From the NCBI GenBank assembly GCA_965204725.1, contig OZ242005.1, forward strand, positions 3,296,001 to 3,360,000: a stretch of 64,000 nt of DNA, given 5' to 3'. Under the pieces are notes generated by a model that was given only the letters and a program-made list of their open reading frames with translations, searched no databases and had not been told where the DNA came from. The first letter of the stretch is position 1; each line of letters opens with the position of its first letter. The DNA is from Candidatus Latescibacterota bacterium. Its GTDB lineage: Bacteria; Latescibacterota; UBA2968; UBA8231. Positions 63,559 through 64,000 of the stretch are shown here, piece by piece. A program made the translations under genes and the position numbers.

Positions 63559-64000
63559 ATGCCCGTTATAGACGCTCATGTTCACGTGCTTCCCAACTTT
63601 GCTCCAATGACCCCTTGGGAAGACCTAGGGCGGGTCGATCGGCTCCTCCACCAGATGGACGGATGCGGCGTTGACAAAGCCGTCGTGCTGCCGGTGGTGG
63701 CGGAGTACTCGCCGGGCAACAATCAGGAGTGCGCCCAGTGGGGAAGAGAGCATCCCGATCGGTTGGCCGTATTGACGGATGTGCAGATGCACCAGAAAGA
63801 CGCCGCGGAGCGGGTCTTGCGGGCGGGCGAGGAATTCGGTGCCGTGGGCACCAGTTACTACCCGCCCAAGCTCGATGAGAGGATGCAGTGGCTGGTGGAA
63901 GAACCTTGTGATGCGCTCTGGCAGGCGTACAAAGACACTGGCTTAGTCTGCAATTTGCAAATCGGGCCGTCCAATTACGGAATTTTGCTGGAGTTGGCCC
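63559..64000 (+). CDS. Amidohydrolase family protein, 3'-truncated by window edge
   Basis: AAGGAGGT RBS; MPVIDAHVHV..LLHQMDGCGVDKAVVL..HPDRL. Confidence 0.9.
   Translation, partial: MPVIDAHVHVLPNFAPMTPWEDLGRVDRLLHQMDGCGVDKAVVLPVVAEYSPGNNQECAQWGREHPDRLAVLTDVQMHQKDAAERVLRAGEEFGAVGTSYYPPKLDERMQWLVEEPCDALWQAYKDTGLVCNLQIGPSNYGILLELA

Overview
Bacterial window with a high-GC backbone (by eye roughly 63-68% GC) and two lower-GC accessory blocks. The gene content suggests Latescibacterota or a related FCB-group lineage (inference from CRTAC1/ASPIC-UnbV paralogues, FlgD/T9SS-like C-terminal domains and a 'WGxIK'-tailed protein). The backbone is a long minus-strand housekeeping run: DUF4159, porZ-like, priA, rodZ, maf, dtd, lptD-like, rlmB, mutS, rpsA, cmk, rluB, scpB, scpA, HNH, gcvH, accC, accB, efp, TPR, tRNA-Lys(CTT). 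Accessory block 1 (about 3.5-10.7 kb) is a defence/TA hotspot. It holds a frameshifted GHKL-ATPase/DUF3883 nuclease, an RNA-ligase-family gene, an orphan gene sitting inside repeats copied from the 3' end of the neighbouring core gene, a complete IS5, and an MNT-like/HEPN pair damaged by the IS and by a frameshift. Between 36 and 43 kb are an HTH-IrrE/PIN module, a divergent dipeptidase bracketed by two inverted MITE-like elements, and gene remnants. Accessory block 2 (about 43-63.3 kb) is the best candidate for an undescribed system. It is a co-oriented envelope module: CRTAC1, TPR, CRTAC1, a CBM9-like protein ending in SWGNIK, three paralogous FlgD/T9SS-CTD proteins, a 903-aa Asp-rich putative outer-membrane protein and a two-domain parvulin lipoprotein, with a further CRTAC1 and an FGE-domain gene next to it. 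The window also appears to be depleted in CCWGG and enriched in its C-to-T products. No CRISPR array or rRNA was seen. All family calls come from motif recognition by eye; no database search was run.
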